NCBI GenBank assembly: GCA_947493175.1
Contig: CANLQD010000001.1
Location: 776,748-840,747, forward strand
Length of the DNA stretch: 64,000 nt
Reading direction: 5' to 3'
Source of the DNA: an uncultured Flavobacteriaceae bacterium
Lineage (GTDB): Bacteria; Bacteroidota; Bacteroidia; Flavobacteriales; Flavobacteriaceae
The notes below the pieces were generated by a model. It was not told the DNA's origin. It saw only the letters and a program-made list of their open reading frames with translations, and ran no database searches. Position numbers and translations under genes: made by a program. Of this stretch, positions 46,279 to 56,752 are shown one piece after another. The number at the start of each line of letters is the position of its first letter. Position 1 is the first letter of the stretch.

Positions 46279-48261
46279 ATGAGAAAGCTACTACTTATAG
46301 CATCGACCGTATGCATTACCTTGACCGCTACTGCACAGGACCTGGCAACAAAAATACCATCGACCGCCACGGCGGTAGTAACCCTAAAAGGAAAGCGTAT
46401 CACCGACCTGGTATCCGTTGAGGAGTTCTCAAATTCAAAATTGGGCGAAATGATCGGCAAAGAGCTGGCCAAAGAATCAGACGAAAAGGTCAATAATTTA
46501 GAAGAGATGGGGCTTGCGCTCGATCAAAACTTCTATTACTTTCTAGAAATGGACAAAGGGGTATTTAACAACTGTTTCTTGATTCCCTTAAAGAATTCGC
46601 AGGGTCTTCTAAATTTAATGGGCAACAGTCAACGAGAACGCATCATTACCGAAAACGGACTCTCTTATTTCCAGGATGACTATGATGGTAGTGTAGTTCT
46701 ATGGGACAATTCTACCCTTTTGGTTCTATTCGCCAAAGATACTTCAAACGATTATGATTTCTATGATGACTACGGGTACAACGACTATGGCAACGATAAC
46801 TACGGAGATGCTTTGGAAACACCGACACCGGCAGTTGTTGAAGAAGAAGTTGAGATAGAAACTATCGTCGAGGAGGCCGCAGAGGAGGTTGCCATCGATG
46901 CAGAATCGGAAATTGTGGAGGAAACGGTCATCGATATCGAAGAAGTGGTGATAGAATCTACCGAACCAACAGATAACTATTACAACGATTATTACAATAG
47001 CGAAGAATACAAAAAGCAAGAAGCGGCAAGAGAAAAAAGACGTTTGGAGCGAGAAGCTAAGCGTGCTGAAAAAAGAAAAAAACTAGCCGAAGCTACATTG
47101 CAAAGGGCAAAGACCATCATTGCCGGGAATTATACACAAGGAAATATCCTAAAAAATGCGGGCTATGTAAAAACCATCGGTAACGGTCAGGACGAAGCCG
47201 TTGCCTGGGTCGATGACTTTGGCAGTATCTATAAAGATGCCATGATGGGTTCTTACTACGGCGCCATGAACCCCTATAACTTTATGGATATGGACAAGCT
47301 ATATGGCGGATTTTCCATTTCAGCCAAACTAAATTTTGAAAAAGACCACGCCTCGGTGAAAACCATCTATTCGATGAATGATGAATTGGCCGATATTTAT
47401 CGCCCGATGTACCAAGGCAAATTCAATTCGAATTTTGCAAAATATATCAATGAAGATAGGCTATTAGGTTACTGGTCGATCAACATGAGTACGGAAGGCC
47501 TGTTGACCTCCTACCCCCAGTTGATGGATGCTGTATTTAAAACCGAAGGAGAAAAGAATTATGGCGATGTGGTAGCATTGGGCACACAATTGTTCTCGTT
47601 ATTGCTCGACGAAAAGGCGACCGCCGAAATCGTACGTGGAGATATGTTGCTGGTATTGAACAATCTCTCGGAAAGAGAGGTGACCTATACCGATTACGAA
47701 TATGACGAGGATTACAACTACAAAGAGGTCGTAAAAACCAAGACAGAAACGGTACCGGACTTTCTATTTATGTTCTCTTCGGAACAAAAATCGCTTTTCG
47801 ACCGCTTGGTACGAATCGGTTTAAGGGAAAAAGAGTTGCAGGCCATTGGAGGTATATATCAAATTGTTTCATTGCCACAATCATCCCCTTTTGATATCTA
47901 TGTCATGTTCAAGGATAATACTGCGTTCGTGGGAAGTTCCAAAAAAGACATGATGGCAATAAGCAATGGCACCTTTGCCTCCAAATTATCAAGTACACAC
48001 AAAAGAAATATGAAAAAGAACGTAACCAGTCTCTTTGTAAACGGAAAGAAAATAGTTGCTGAGATTCCGGTCGATTCTTATCCTTCCGAGCTTCGCAATA
48101 AAGTATCTTTCCTAACCAACAATACAGAAGATGTCTATTTCAATTTTGAGAAAATCAAAGGAAATACCATGAAAGGGGAAATGATATGGAATACTCCCGA
48201 AGAAGGGCATAAGAACAGTTTTGCCTATTTCATCAATATGATAAACAGACTAATGGAATAA
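46279..48261 (+). CDS. Exported protein of unknown function with an acidic low-complexity insert
   Basis: 660 aa; signal ending ATA|QDL; Asp/Tyr- and Glu-rich stretch followed by a basic helix. Confidence 0.75.
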   Translation: MRKLLLIASTVCITLTATAQDLATKIPSTATAVVTLKGKRITDLVSVEEFSNSKLGEMIGKELAKESDEKVNNLEEMGLALDQNFYYFLEMDKGVFNNCFLIPLKNSQGLLNLMGNSQRERIITENGLSYFQDDYDGSVVLWDNSTLLVLFAKDTSNDYDFYDDYGYNDYGNDNYGDALETPTPAVVEEEVEIETIVEEAAEEVAIDAESEIVEETVIDIEEVVIESTEPTDNYYNDYYNSEEYKKQEAAREKRRLEREAKRAEKRKKLAEATLQRAKTIIAGNYTQGNILKNAGYVKTIGNGQDEAVAWVDDFGSIYKDAMMGSYYGAMNPYNFMDMDKLYGGFSISAKLNFEKDHASVKTIYSMNDELADIYRPMYQGKFNSNFAKYINEDRLLGYWSINMSTEGLLTSYPQLMDAVFKTEGEKNYGDVVALGTQLFSLLLDEKATAEIVRGDMLLVLNNLSEREVTYTDYEYDEDYNYKEVVKTKTETVPDFLFMFSSEQKSLFDRLVRIGLREKELQAIGGIYQIVSLPQSSPFDIYVMFKDNTAFVGSSKKDMMAISNGTFASKLSSTHKRNMKKNVTSLFVNGKKIVAEIPVDSYPSELRNKVSFLTNNTEDVYFNFEKIKGNTMKGEMIWNTPEEGHKNSFAYFINMINRLME

Positions 48262-48279
48262 GGTTCGCGACTCCTTTGT

Positions 48280-49683
48280 ATGAAAAAGTGGGCCAAAATC
48301 TTACTGGTTTTTATAGGACTCCTAGTTGTCGGCTATTGGGGTTACAAGTATGTGAAAGATACCTCCTCATTATTAGGTATAATACATGTTGATGCCGACT
48401 GTGCATTTAAGATCGATATTCACGATATCAAAGAGACCTTGGTGCTAGATGCACTATCGTCCCCTAAACATTACTTTGATAATATATCGTTCTCGGACAG
48501 TGAAAAAAAACCCGATAGCCTTGAAGACAAGGGAATCGACTTGCAGCCTTATAGTCTCGTATTTTATACCCATCCAGCTGTTAACAATACGCTGTTCGGG
48601 GCATTGAAGATCGATGATACCGCTAACTTCGAAGCCTATATTGAAAGTGAGCTTACCAAGCGGAATACCGTGATTGAAACAGCGGAAGATGGCTCTTACC
48701 GCTATGCCATTGTACAAAAATCGAAAATAGCACTCGCTTGGAACGAGACTGTCTTGGTACCGGCGTTTTCGCCTGATATGCCTTTAGAAAAGTTGCAGAC
48801 CATTTTCAACGCTGTTTTGAATGAAGGCAAAACCATTCAGGATAAGGCACACCCATTGATTCAGCGTTTATCAGATTCAGATGACCATATGGTGTATGTG
48901 GGGCAAAAGAGCAAATTGACCCTTAATTTTGAAGATGGAGCGGCAATTCTCGATGGAGAACTCTACACAGAAACCCCGCAACGGTTTCAACCGGAAATTA
49001 CGGTCGAGACTGTTCCCGAAGCTTCTTTTCAGTTCTATTTTGACGGAAATTTTGAAAATACGATCAATAAAGACCAAATGATAGCAACCCTTGAAGGAGT
49101 TTCTTTTTTTGAAAAAAACAAGTTAGATGTTTCGAAGGTAATAAATCGCACCAATGGTTTTGTGAGCCTGGCCATCAAGGGGAAAACCGTCCAAATCGAT
49201 ACCATCATATCGTATGCGTATGATGATAATTTTGAAAAAGTGGCTAAAAAAGACCTTCAGGAAAAACAAGTTCCTAGACTTCACATCAATCTTGGTGCTG
49301 AAAATGAAAGCCTTCTAGATTATTTGGATGAACAGGGTGTGCTGGGTCCAAACTATTTGTTTGAGCCCTTTCCATTGTATCAGTTGTATGTGAAAGAGGA
49401 TGCTTTGCATACCGGCTTTGATACCTTCAAAGGTACTATCGATAAACAAGAGCAGGTAAGCAGGGCCTTCATGAATACCAAAATAGATTTCGAAAAACTA
49501 AGCGATGATTTGGGAATTCCCCAATGGAGCCAATACCTATCGACCCTAAAAAACCTTCAGATACAAGCTTCCCAGGCAAAAAGCAACAAGGTGGTCGTTA
49601 AAGGTGCCCTAACCGGATGGCAAAGCGATGTAAATATCATTTCCCAATGGGCTTTTTCAAGATCGAAAGACTCTGTTCAATAA
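48280..49683 (+). CDS. Membrane-anchored protein of unknown function
   Basis: 467 aa; N-terminal TM; shares TY.YD(D/E).(F/Y)..V.K...VP motif with the upstream gene. Confidence 0.72.
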   Translation: MKKWAKILLVFIGLLVVGYWGYKYVKDTSSLLGIIHVDADCAFKIDIHDIKETLVLDALSSPKHYFDNISFSDSEKKPDSLEDKGIDLQPYSLVFYTHPAVNNTLFGALKIDDTANFEAYIESELTKRNTVIETAEDGSYRYAIVQKSKIALAWNETVLVPAFSPDMPLEKLQTIFNAVLNEGKTIQDKAHPLIQRLSDSDDHMVYVGQKSKLTLNFEDGAAILDGELYTETPQRFQPEITVETVPEASFQFYFDGNFENTINKDQMIATLEGVSFFEKNKLDVSKVINRTNGFVSLAIKGKTVQIDTIISYAYDDNFEKVAKKDLQEKQVPRLHINLGAENESLLDYLDEQGVLGPNYLFEPFPLYQLYVKEDALHTGFDTFKGTIDKQEQVSRAFMNTKIDFEKLSDDLGIPQWSQYLSTLKNLQIQASQAKSNKVVVKGALTGWQSDVNIISQWAFSRSKDSVQ

Positions 49684-49872
49684 TCATAGGGACTACCGCT
49701 ACCGACTAGTTGGTCGGTGCCCACCGTATTTTACCAGTTTTGTCACTATTTTTTGTTGGTCATCGATGAAATACCGACAGGGGTCGATGCACCCCCCCCT
49801 ATTTTCGGTATGGTGCGCTTTGTAAACCGACCCGATGGTCTAAACCGCTATTTTTCTTTGTATTTTGGTGCT

Positions 49873-50985
49873 ATGAACCTTAGTTATTGGGAATACAGCA
49901 CGTGGCTCTCAAACATCGATTTTACAGTAATAGGTAGCGGTATCGTAGGCCTAAATTGTGCCCTACAATTACAGACCCGTTTCCCAAAGGCCAAGGTATT
50001 GGTGCTCGAAAAAGGAATCTTACCTCAAGGAGCCAGTACCAAGAATGCTGGTTTTGCCTGTTTTGGAAGTATTTCGGAAATTATTTCCGATTTGAAACAC
50101 CATTCCCAACAGGAGGTACAACAATTGGTGCAACAACGTTGGGATGGAATCCAATTGCTCCGTGCAACTCTAGGTGATGCCCAAATCGATTATCAACAGC
50201 ACGGAGGCCATGAACTCTTCTTAAAAGATCAAAACGGGTTGTACCAAAAATGTTTGGAGAAGTTGGCGACCATCAACACTTTGGTCGAACCTGTTTTCGG
50301 AAATAAGGCCTTTGTTCCGCACCCCAACGCTTTCCGGTTTCAAGCCATTCAAGAGCAGTATATCACCAATAATTTTGAAGCACAAATCGATACGGGTAAG
50401 ATGATGGCAGCTTTGCTAGGGGTATGTCAAAAAAAGGGTATTCGGGTGTTGAATTCGACTACCGTATCGGATTTTTCGGAAAGCGGAGGTTATGTTCATG
50501 TAAGTACCGATCATTTCGAGTTCCGAACGGCGAAGTTGTTCATTGCTACCAACGGGTTTGCTTCCCAGCTCTTGAACGAATCTGTAAAACCGGCCCGGGC
50601 ACAAGTCTTGATTACCAGACCTATTCCTAAACTTCGCATAAAAGGCACCTTTCATTTGGACGAAGGCTACTACTATTTTCGGAATATCGACCATCGAATT
50701 TTGCTAGGCGGCGGTAGAAATTTAGACTTTGAGGGAGAGGAAACAACCGAGTTCGGGGAAACGGAACGTATACAGCAAAAACTGGAAACACTGTTAAAAA
50801 CGGTTATTCTGCCCAACACTTCTTTTGAAATAGCGCATCGATGGAGTGGAATCATGGGCATAGGGGCACAAAAAAAGCCCATCGTGAAACAACTATCGGA
50901 TAATATTTTTTGTGGGGTTCGCTTAGGCGGTATGGGTATTGCCATCGGCAGTACCGTCGGAAAGACCCTTGCCGATATTCTCTGA
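49873..50985 (+). CDS. FAD-dependent oxidoreductase (DAO family)
   Basis: VIGSGIVG, GASTKNAG, RLGGMG; start moved to ATG 49873 (MNLSYWE). Confidence 0.88.
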   Translation: MNLSYWEYSTWLSNIDFTVIGSGIVGLNCALQLQTRFPKAKVLVLEKGILPQGASTKNAGFACFGSISEIISDLKHHSQQEVQQLVQQRWDGIQLLRATLGDAQIDYQQHGGHELFLKDQNGLYQKCLEKLATINTLVEPVFGNKAFVPHPNAFRFQAIQEQYITNNFEAQIDTGKMMAALLGVCQKKGIRVLNSTTVSDFSESGGYVHVSTDHFEFRTAKLFIATNGFASQLLNESVKPARAQVLITRPIPKLRIKGTFHLDEGYYYFRNIDHRILLGGGRNLDFEGEETTEFGETERIQQKLETLLKTVILPNTSFEIAHRWSGIMGIGAQKKPIVKQLSDNIFCGVRLGGMGIAIGSTVGKTLADIL

Positions 50986-51058
50986 AAACCATTCATATTC
51001 GCTTGCCGTTCTTACGTATTATGCCTACTTTAAAGACATCATTTTTTAGTAAAATCGT

Positions 51059-52780
51059 ATGGCCAAAAAGAAATCGCTTCGCAGCAGCGAATGGTTCGGA
51101 GGTGCAGATAAAATGGGCTTTGTTCACCGATCTTGGTTGCGCAACCAAGGATATCCCGATGACTATTTTAACGGGAAGCCCGTTATTGGAATTTGTAATA
51201 CCTGGTCAGAACTGACTCCTTGCAACGGGCATCTTAGGGATTTTGCCGAAGTAGTCAAACGCGGTATTCTGGAAGCCGGAGGCGTTCCATTTGAATTCCC
51301 TGTCATGTCGTTGGGAGAAACCCTCATGCGCCCCACTACCATGCTATTTAGAAACTTGGCCAGCATGGATACCGAAGAATCGATCCGCGCCAACCCTTTA
51401 GACGGTATCGTGTTGCTAACAGGATGCGATAAGACGACCCCTAGTACCCTTATGGGGGCCTGTAGTGTAGACCTCCCAACAATCGTAGTGCCGGGCGGTC
51501 CTATGCTAAGCGGTCGCTTTCGAGGTGAAAAAATAGGCTCCGGATCCATGAATTGGATGATCAAGGAAAAGCAGCAAAAAGAAGGGTATACCGCAGCCGA
51601 TTTTACTGAAGCAGAGGTCTGTGTAGCCCGGAGTATCGGGCACTGCAATACCATGGGTACGGCAAGCACCATGGCCAGTATGGTCGAGGCTTTGGGACTT
51701 ACCCTACCCGGATTTTCATCGATTCCTGCGGCAGACTCCCGAAAGAAATTGTACGCCCAATTATCAGGGCGACGCATTGTTGAGATGGTACGGGAAGATT
51801 TAACGCTTTCCCAAATACTTACCCGTGAAGCCTTTGAAAATGCTATTATTACCAATGCGGCAGTAGGCGGGTCTACTAACTTGATTATTCATTTAACGGC
51901 GATTGCCGGCCGAATAGGGGTAGATTTAAAACTACCCGATTTCGATGCACTTGGGAGCAAAGTGCCTCTTTTGGTGAACCTAAAACCCTCGGGGAAGCAT
52001 CTGATGGAAGACTTTTTCTATGCAGGTGGCCTCCCAGTGGTACTCAAAGAACTAAAACCTTTGCTTCGTGAAAACGCACTGACCGTTAATGGCAAGAAAC
52101 TAACAAACAATTACAACGAAGCAGTGTGCTACGACACCGATGTCATTTATACGCTAGAGCAACCCTTACAAAAAGAAGCGGGTATTGCCGTGTTAAAAGG
52201 GAACCTATGTGAGAATGGGGCCGTTATTAAACCTTCTGCCGCTTCGCAACACCTCATGAAACACACTGGGAAAGCAGTCGTTTTTGAAAGTATGGAAGAC
52301 TATCATGAGCGCATCGACACCCCAGGCCTTGATATTGACAAGAACAGTGTTATTGTACTAAAAGGAGTAGGCCCTAAAGGATATCCTGGCATGCCCGAAG
52401 TAGGTAACGTTGACCTACCTAAAAAATTGATTTTGGAAGGGGTCACCGACATGGTACGTATTTCCGATGGTCGAATGAGCGGTACGGCTGCAGGTACGGT
52501 AGTTTTGCATATTTCCCCGGAATCTACCACGGGGGGCACGCTGGCCTTGGTCCGCAATGGGGATTTGATTGCCCTGGATGTGGAAAAAAGAACTTTGAAT
52601 CTTTTAATCCCTGAAAAAGAGCTAGCCGACCGAAAAGCTGCCTGGACTCCTCCAGCACCTGTTGCGGAACGAGGGTACGTGAAAATGTATATCGACCATG
52701 TAGAGCAAGCAGATAAAGGTGCCGATCTGGATTTTTTGACGGGCGGCTCCGGATCCACCGTTACAAGGGACCTTCATTAA
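51059..52780 (+). CDS. IlvD/Edd-family [2Fe-2S] dehydratase, L-arabonate/sugar-acid dehydratase type
   Basis: LTPCNGH, GCDKT, GHCNTMGTA, DGRMSGT; N-terminus RSSEWFG..DK.GF..RSW..NQG matches the sugar-acid (AraC-type) subgroup. Confidence 0.85.
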   Translation: MAKKKSLRSSEWFGGADKMGFVHRSWLRNQGYPDDYFNGKPVIGICNTWSELTPCNGHLRDFAEVVKRGILEAGGVPFEFPVMSLGETLMRPTTMLFRNLASMDTEESIRANPLDGIVLLTGCDKTTPSTLMGACSVDLPTIVVPGGPMLSGRFRGEKIGSGSMNWMIKEKQQKEGYTAADFTEAEVCVARSIGHCNTMGTASTMASMVEALGLTLPGFSSIPAADSRKKLYAQLSGRRIVEMVREDLTLSQILTREAFENAIITNAAVGGSTNLIIHLTAIAGRIGVDLKLPDFDALGSKVPLLVNLKPSGKHLMEDFFYAGGLPVVLKELKPLLRENALTVNGKKLTNNYNEAVCYDTDVIYTLEQPLQKEAGIAVLKGNLCENGAVIKPSAASQHLMKHTGKAVVFESMEDYHERIDTPGLDIDKNSVIVLKGVGPKGYPGMPEVGNVDLPKKLILEGVTDMVRISDGRMSGTAAGTVVLHISPESTTGGTLALVRNGDLIALDVEKRTLNLLIPEKELADRKAAWTPPAPVAERGYVKMYIDHVEQADKGADLDFLTGGSGSTVTRDLH

Positions 52781-53003
52781 CAACTACTAGTAGTAAAGGT
52801 CTTCCTTGAGATAGGGAACTAGGAAAGTCTTTTTTATCTTTTTCTTTAATCATTTCTCTTTTCTTCCTATATTGAACATCCCCGAAACCTGAAGAATACC
52901 TTTATTAAGTCTCTTTCGAGAATTTTCGTTATGGCGATTCATATCGGATCGCGCACTTTGATGTCCATAGCTTTTTCATCAAGGGCCATCGTGTCATCTC
53001 TTT

Positions 53004-53681
53004 ATGGGAAACAAAATGTGGTTTATGCTATATCGAAAAATCAAAGAACACTTGGTCGCTTTTTTATTGCCATCCTTGCTGTTGTTGGTAGGTTGTTCAG
53101 CTTCAAAGACCGATAGAATCAGAATGTATGACAAGGAATGGAAAAAGATAGTAACGTCTGCGGAATGGGAAAATTCCTTGGTGGCCAGCGCACATCCCAA
53201 AACGTCGGATACCCATAGCCCGTATATTGTCGCGAGCGATGTTGAAATTGGAAGCGAAAATGACCTTATTGGGGTAGAATATGATGTGGTTTTTAGAAAA
53301 AAATACCACTCTTTTGTTTTGAGGGCCTACTTTAAAATTGTAACGCAGGCTGCCAAAATTGACCAACATTTAAAGAAAAAATATGAGTTTGTCCGAATGA
53401 AATACCAGGGCGAGTCAATGGATACTATACAGGGAGAGGAACTTGCTCTTGAGAAAAAAAAGTATGAGGCCCATAGAAAGATGCTGGAAGGGTTAAGATC
53501 ATGGAATATTTTTAATAGTAATAGAACGGCAGATCTGGATTTTTTTAAGCGCGACTATATAAAAAAAGTATATTTCCTCCATAAAAATGGTGAAACAGAG
53601 GAGGCCATTATCGATTTCCTAATTTATAGACTGGCAGATTTGTATCACTACGAAGACCGTGTACTTCCATCGGATAAATAA
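53004..53681 (+). CDS. Hypothetical lipoprotein
   Basis: LLLLVG|CSASK lipobox; helical; true start uncertain. Confidence 0.55.
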   Translation: MGNKMWFMLYRKIKEHLVAFLLPSLLLLVGCSASKTDRIRMYDKEWKKIVTSAEWENSLVASAHPKTSDTHSPYIVASDVEIGSENDLIGVEYDVVFRKKYHSFVLRAYFKIVTQAAKIDQHLKKKYEFVRMKYQGESMDTIQGEELALEKKKYEAHRKMLEGLRSWNIFNSNRTADLDFFKRDYIKKVYFLHKNGETEEAIIDFLIYRLADLYHYEDRVLPSDK

Positions 53682-53713
53682 TTGTATCTTATTCATTCCA
53701 GTACCCGAGAGCC

Positions 53714-54169
53714 ATGTCAAAACAGCTTAAAAAAACCCTTTTCGATTTTTGTTCTGTTTTTGTCAACGATAGAATTTCACGAATTGAGCGGATTATTAAG
53801 AACCTTGAGGATTCCCTAAAATCGGAGACAAAAAGCACCGCAGGTGATAAACATGAAACCGGCCGCGCCATGGTACAGCTAGAACGGGAAAAAATGGGCA
53901 AGCAACTGGCCGAAGCTGAAAAAATGAAACACTTATTAGCAAAGGTTCCGTTAGAAAACACCAATGCTAATATAGGTTTAGGCAGTTGGGTACAAACCTC
54001 CGAAAACAACTACTTCTTGGCGATCTCGGCAGGGGAAGCAAACACTAATGGTATTTCTACTTACTGTATTTCTACCGCTACGCCAATTGGACGGTTACTT
54101 TTGGGAAAAACCGTTGGAGATACCATTGAATTCAAGGGAACAAAGATGTTGGTCAATAAAATAGCCTAA
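53714..54169 (+). CDS. GreA/GreB-family protein (flavobacterial type)
   Basis: Coiled coil with SETKSTAGDKHETGRAM; C-terminal IS..TPIG.LLLGK.VGD. Confidence 0.75.
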   Translation: MSKQLKKTLFDFCSVFVNDRISRIERIIKNLEDSLKSETKSTAGDKHETGRAMVQLEREKMGKQLAEAEKMKHLLAKVPLENTNANIGLGSWVQTSENNYFLAISAGEANTNGISTYCISTATPIGRLLLGKTVGDTIEFKGTKMLVNKIA

Positions 54170-54248
54170 GCCCGAACTGCACGGTAGAACATTTTTCCAA
54201 GACTTTAAACATTCCGTTGTACGGTGACGAAAAGCAGGTATACCTAGG

Positions 54249-54653
54249 TTAGCCCAAATCTACTTTCCCTCGGGACGCCTTTTTTTGGGAGACTTTCTTT
54301 TTGGAATCCAATCGTTTTTGGATGGCAGATCTGGAAGGTTTGGTCTTTCTGCGTTTCTTGGCCACTTTCAAGGTCGCTTCAATCAGTGCTAAAAAGCGGT
54401 TCACCACCAATTCCTTGTTCTTTGCCTGACTACGGCTTTCATCGCATTGCAGCGACAATACCCCTTCTTTGGTAAGGCGATTGGAAAGCTTTAAGGATAT
54501 TCTTTCTTTTTCAGGCTCCGAAAGTCCAAGTGAGTCGGCTACCTTAAATAAAAGTATCGCTTTGGTAGCAACCTTGTTCACATGTTGACCCCCAGGACCA
54601 CTACTGCGAACGGCTTTGAATTGTAATTCTTTAAGAAGCTGCTCCTTGTTCAA
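54249..54653 (-). CDS. arfB: Alternative ribosome rescue peptidyl-tRNA hydrolase
   Basis: RSSGPGGQHVNKV (GGQ), basic tail RRKTKPSRSAIQKRLDSKKK. Confidence 0.93.
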   Translation of the reverse strand: MNKEQLLKELQFKAVRSSGPGGQHVNKVATKAILLFKVADSLGLSEPEKERISLKLSNRLTKEGVLSLQCDESRSQAKNKELVVNRFLALIEATLKVAKKRRKTKPSRSAIQKRLDSKKKVSQKKASRGKVDLG

Positions 54654-54714
54654 ACTAACGGGTTTGCCCCAAAGGTACTTAAACTTGGATGATGCATCGG
54701 AAAATCTCCTACGC

Positions 54715-55539
54715 CTATTGCTCTTTCAAAAAAGAGATCGACATAATATTGAACTCGGAATTGTTTTCGGTATTGCCGCTATCGTTCAGCGGTTCGTTGG
54801 CGTAGCTACTTCGGTAAGTAGGACAGCCCCTTTCCTCGCCGCCCCACTGGGTCGCTTCGATCACCAATTCAGATATGGCCTTACTACCGGTATCGAGCAA
54901 AAACCGATATGAACCCATAGAATCGGGCAATTTTCCTTCCAAAGAATGTTCATCCAACAAAACACCCTCGCCTATTTGCTGTCCATCAGTAGCAAAAGCG
55001 GTCCATTTTCCCGATTCATCGACTTTGTTCTTTGTTTTATTATCATTACAGGTATTGCCCTCTTTTGCCTGTTTGCCCTCTCCAGGGTCCATTTGTCCTA
55101 CCTGTAAGATAACATCAGAAACAGGAAAAGTAAAACGAATAACGAGCTTTTCACTTGCCTTTACTATTTCTCCTTGGTATTCGTGATAGTAATCTATTTG
55201 CTTCCATCTTCCACCAGCAACTCCAAAACCGTCGTCCCTGAATTGGGTCTCGAAAAGAACTTGACCAGGATCTCCATTTATTTTATATGCCTCCAACGTA
55301 ACGTTGGAAGTCCAAGACTGCGGACCTGAACCATCCCCGGTTAAAAAGTCAGCGCTGGCCTCAAGAGTTATTCGACTCGATTCATCCATCGGGGTTTCCT
55401 CTTTAGGGTCTTCTGAAATGTTCTCCCCAGAAGCTTCTTCTTCCAAAGACGTTTCCGTAGCACTGTCACAGGCAATAAAAACAGTCAAAAAAAGTAATAG
55501 GTAAATAGAAAACTTACAATCAGTTCTTTTCATGGCCAA
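54715..55539 (-). CDS. Lipoprotein with acidic linker and beta-sandwich domain
   Basis: VFIA|CDSATETSLEEE lipobox plus acidic patch. Confidence 0.7.
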   Translation of the reverse strand: MAMKRTDCKFSIYLLLFLTVFIACDSATETSLEEEASGENISEDPKEETPMDESSRITLEASADFLTGDGSGPQSWTSNVTLEAYKINGDPGQVLFETQFRDDGFGVAGGRWKQIDYYHEYQGEIVKASEKLVIRFTFPVSDVILQVGQMDPGEGKQAKEGNTCNDNKTKNKVDESGKWTAFATDGQQIGEGVLLDEHSLEGKLPDSMGSYRFLLDTGSKAISELVIEATQWGGEERGCPTYRSSYANEPLNDSGNTENNSEFNIMSISFLKEQ

Positions 55540-55774
55540 TCTTTACTAAATTCCAACGCAATCCCTGAGCAGCTTAACAAACTCTAAGTTCTAGCATAGC
55601 ACATCAGATACCGGAATCCATCGATATGTGTATGTATTAAGTCAAAAGTCTTGGAAAAATGTAATAACTCAACACCATAGAGATGCTTACCTTGATAAAC
55701 GTTGCAGCCTTATTTTCAGTGTGGGAATCTCCCAGTTTTCGATGAGATGCCTTATTATGAACAAATATTGCAGA

Positions 55775-56752
55775 TTAGATACTGGCCATTCGTTGGTTAA
55801 TGGTCTCTATAGCGATATTCAAAAAAACATCCTTTCCCATCTCTAAAGGCCCGTGGTGGTTAAAGTAAATGTTTTGTCCCTCGTAGGTACCAACAATCAT
55901 ATAATGGCCTCCCATGTAATAGGAGTTCTTGACAACTACCTCTAGACCTGATTTTTCAGATACCTTAAACTCATGTGCGTACACAATGATCCGGCGTTTG
56001 GTATCTGCGTATGTTTTTACAATGTTAATGGGTATTTTATTGGCTTCCCCAAAGAGCGAGGCGATATACAAATCCTTTGGCTGCTCGAAGAGATTCTTCG
56101 GAGTATCTTTCGCTATAACACGTTGATCTCTTAAGACTACGACCCGATCGGCGAAAGGGAGCATATCGTTGTGATCATGTGTGGCGGTCAGCACTGTAAT
56201 CCCTTTGTTGCTTAGATACGTAAAAAGGTTTCGTCGTAAACTATTTTTTCGAAAGTTATCGATATGGCTAAAAGGCTCATCGAGCAACAAGATTTCCGGT
56301 TCTTGTGCAAGCACTCTGGCCAAGGCGACCCGTTGTTGTTGCCCACCACTCAAATACTTCACTTTGGTGTCTGCAAAATCGGTCATCTCGATCATTTCAA
56401 GAAGTTCTTGCGTTCTACGTTCCATTTCTTCGGTCTCAAACACCGAGAGGTACTGACTTACGTTTTCACTGACCGTCGTATAGGGCATTAAATCAAAATC
56501 CTGAGAAAGGTATTTCATATAAGATTCCCCAGGAACCAAGTTGTATAAAGGTCCTAAAACCTGCGTCTCGTCCCAGTAAACCTCTCCCACTTTAATATGT
56601 AAGAGGCCATAGATAATTTTGAGGAGTGTACTTTTACCACAGCCACTTTCCCCAATGATGGCAACGTGTTCCCCTTTAGCAACCTTTAAGTTGATATCTT
56701 CCAGCACAGGAACCTCGTCATAGGCAAAGGAAACATGATCAACGTGTAGCAT
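55775..56752 (-). CDS. ABC transporter ATP-binding protein (CysA/PotA-like, no adjacent permease)
   Basis: GESGCGKST, LSGGQQQR, LLLDEPFSH. Confidence 0.9.
   Translation of the reverse strand: MLHVDHVSFAYDEVPVLEDINLKVAKGEHVAIIGESGCGKSTLLKIIYGLLHIKVGEVYWDETQVLGPLYNLVPGESYMKYLSQDFDLMPYTTVSENVSQYLSVFETEEMERRTQELLEMIEMTDFADTKVKYLSGGQQQRVALARVLAQEPEILLLDEPFSHIDNFRKNSLRRNLFTYLSNKGITVLTATHDHNDMLPFADRVVVLRDQRVIAKDTPKNLFEQPKDLYIASLFGEANKIPINIVKTYADTKRRIIVYAHEFKVSEKSGLEVVVKNSYYMGGHYMIVGTYEGQNIYFNHHGPLEMGKDVFLNIAIETINQRMASI

Noticed and set aside
55775-56752. ABC ATPase without permease as a degraded transporter
   Set aside because: ORF is intact with all motifs; stand-alone ATPase genes of this type are ordinary and partners may lie elsewhere.
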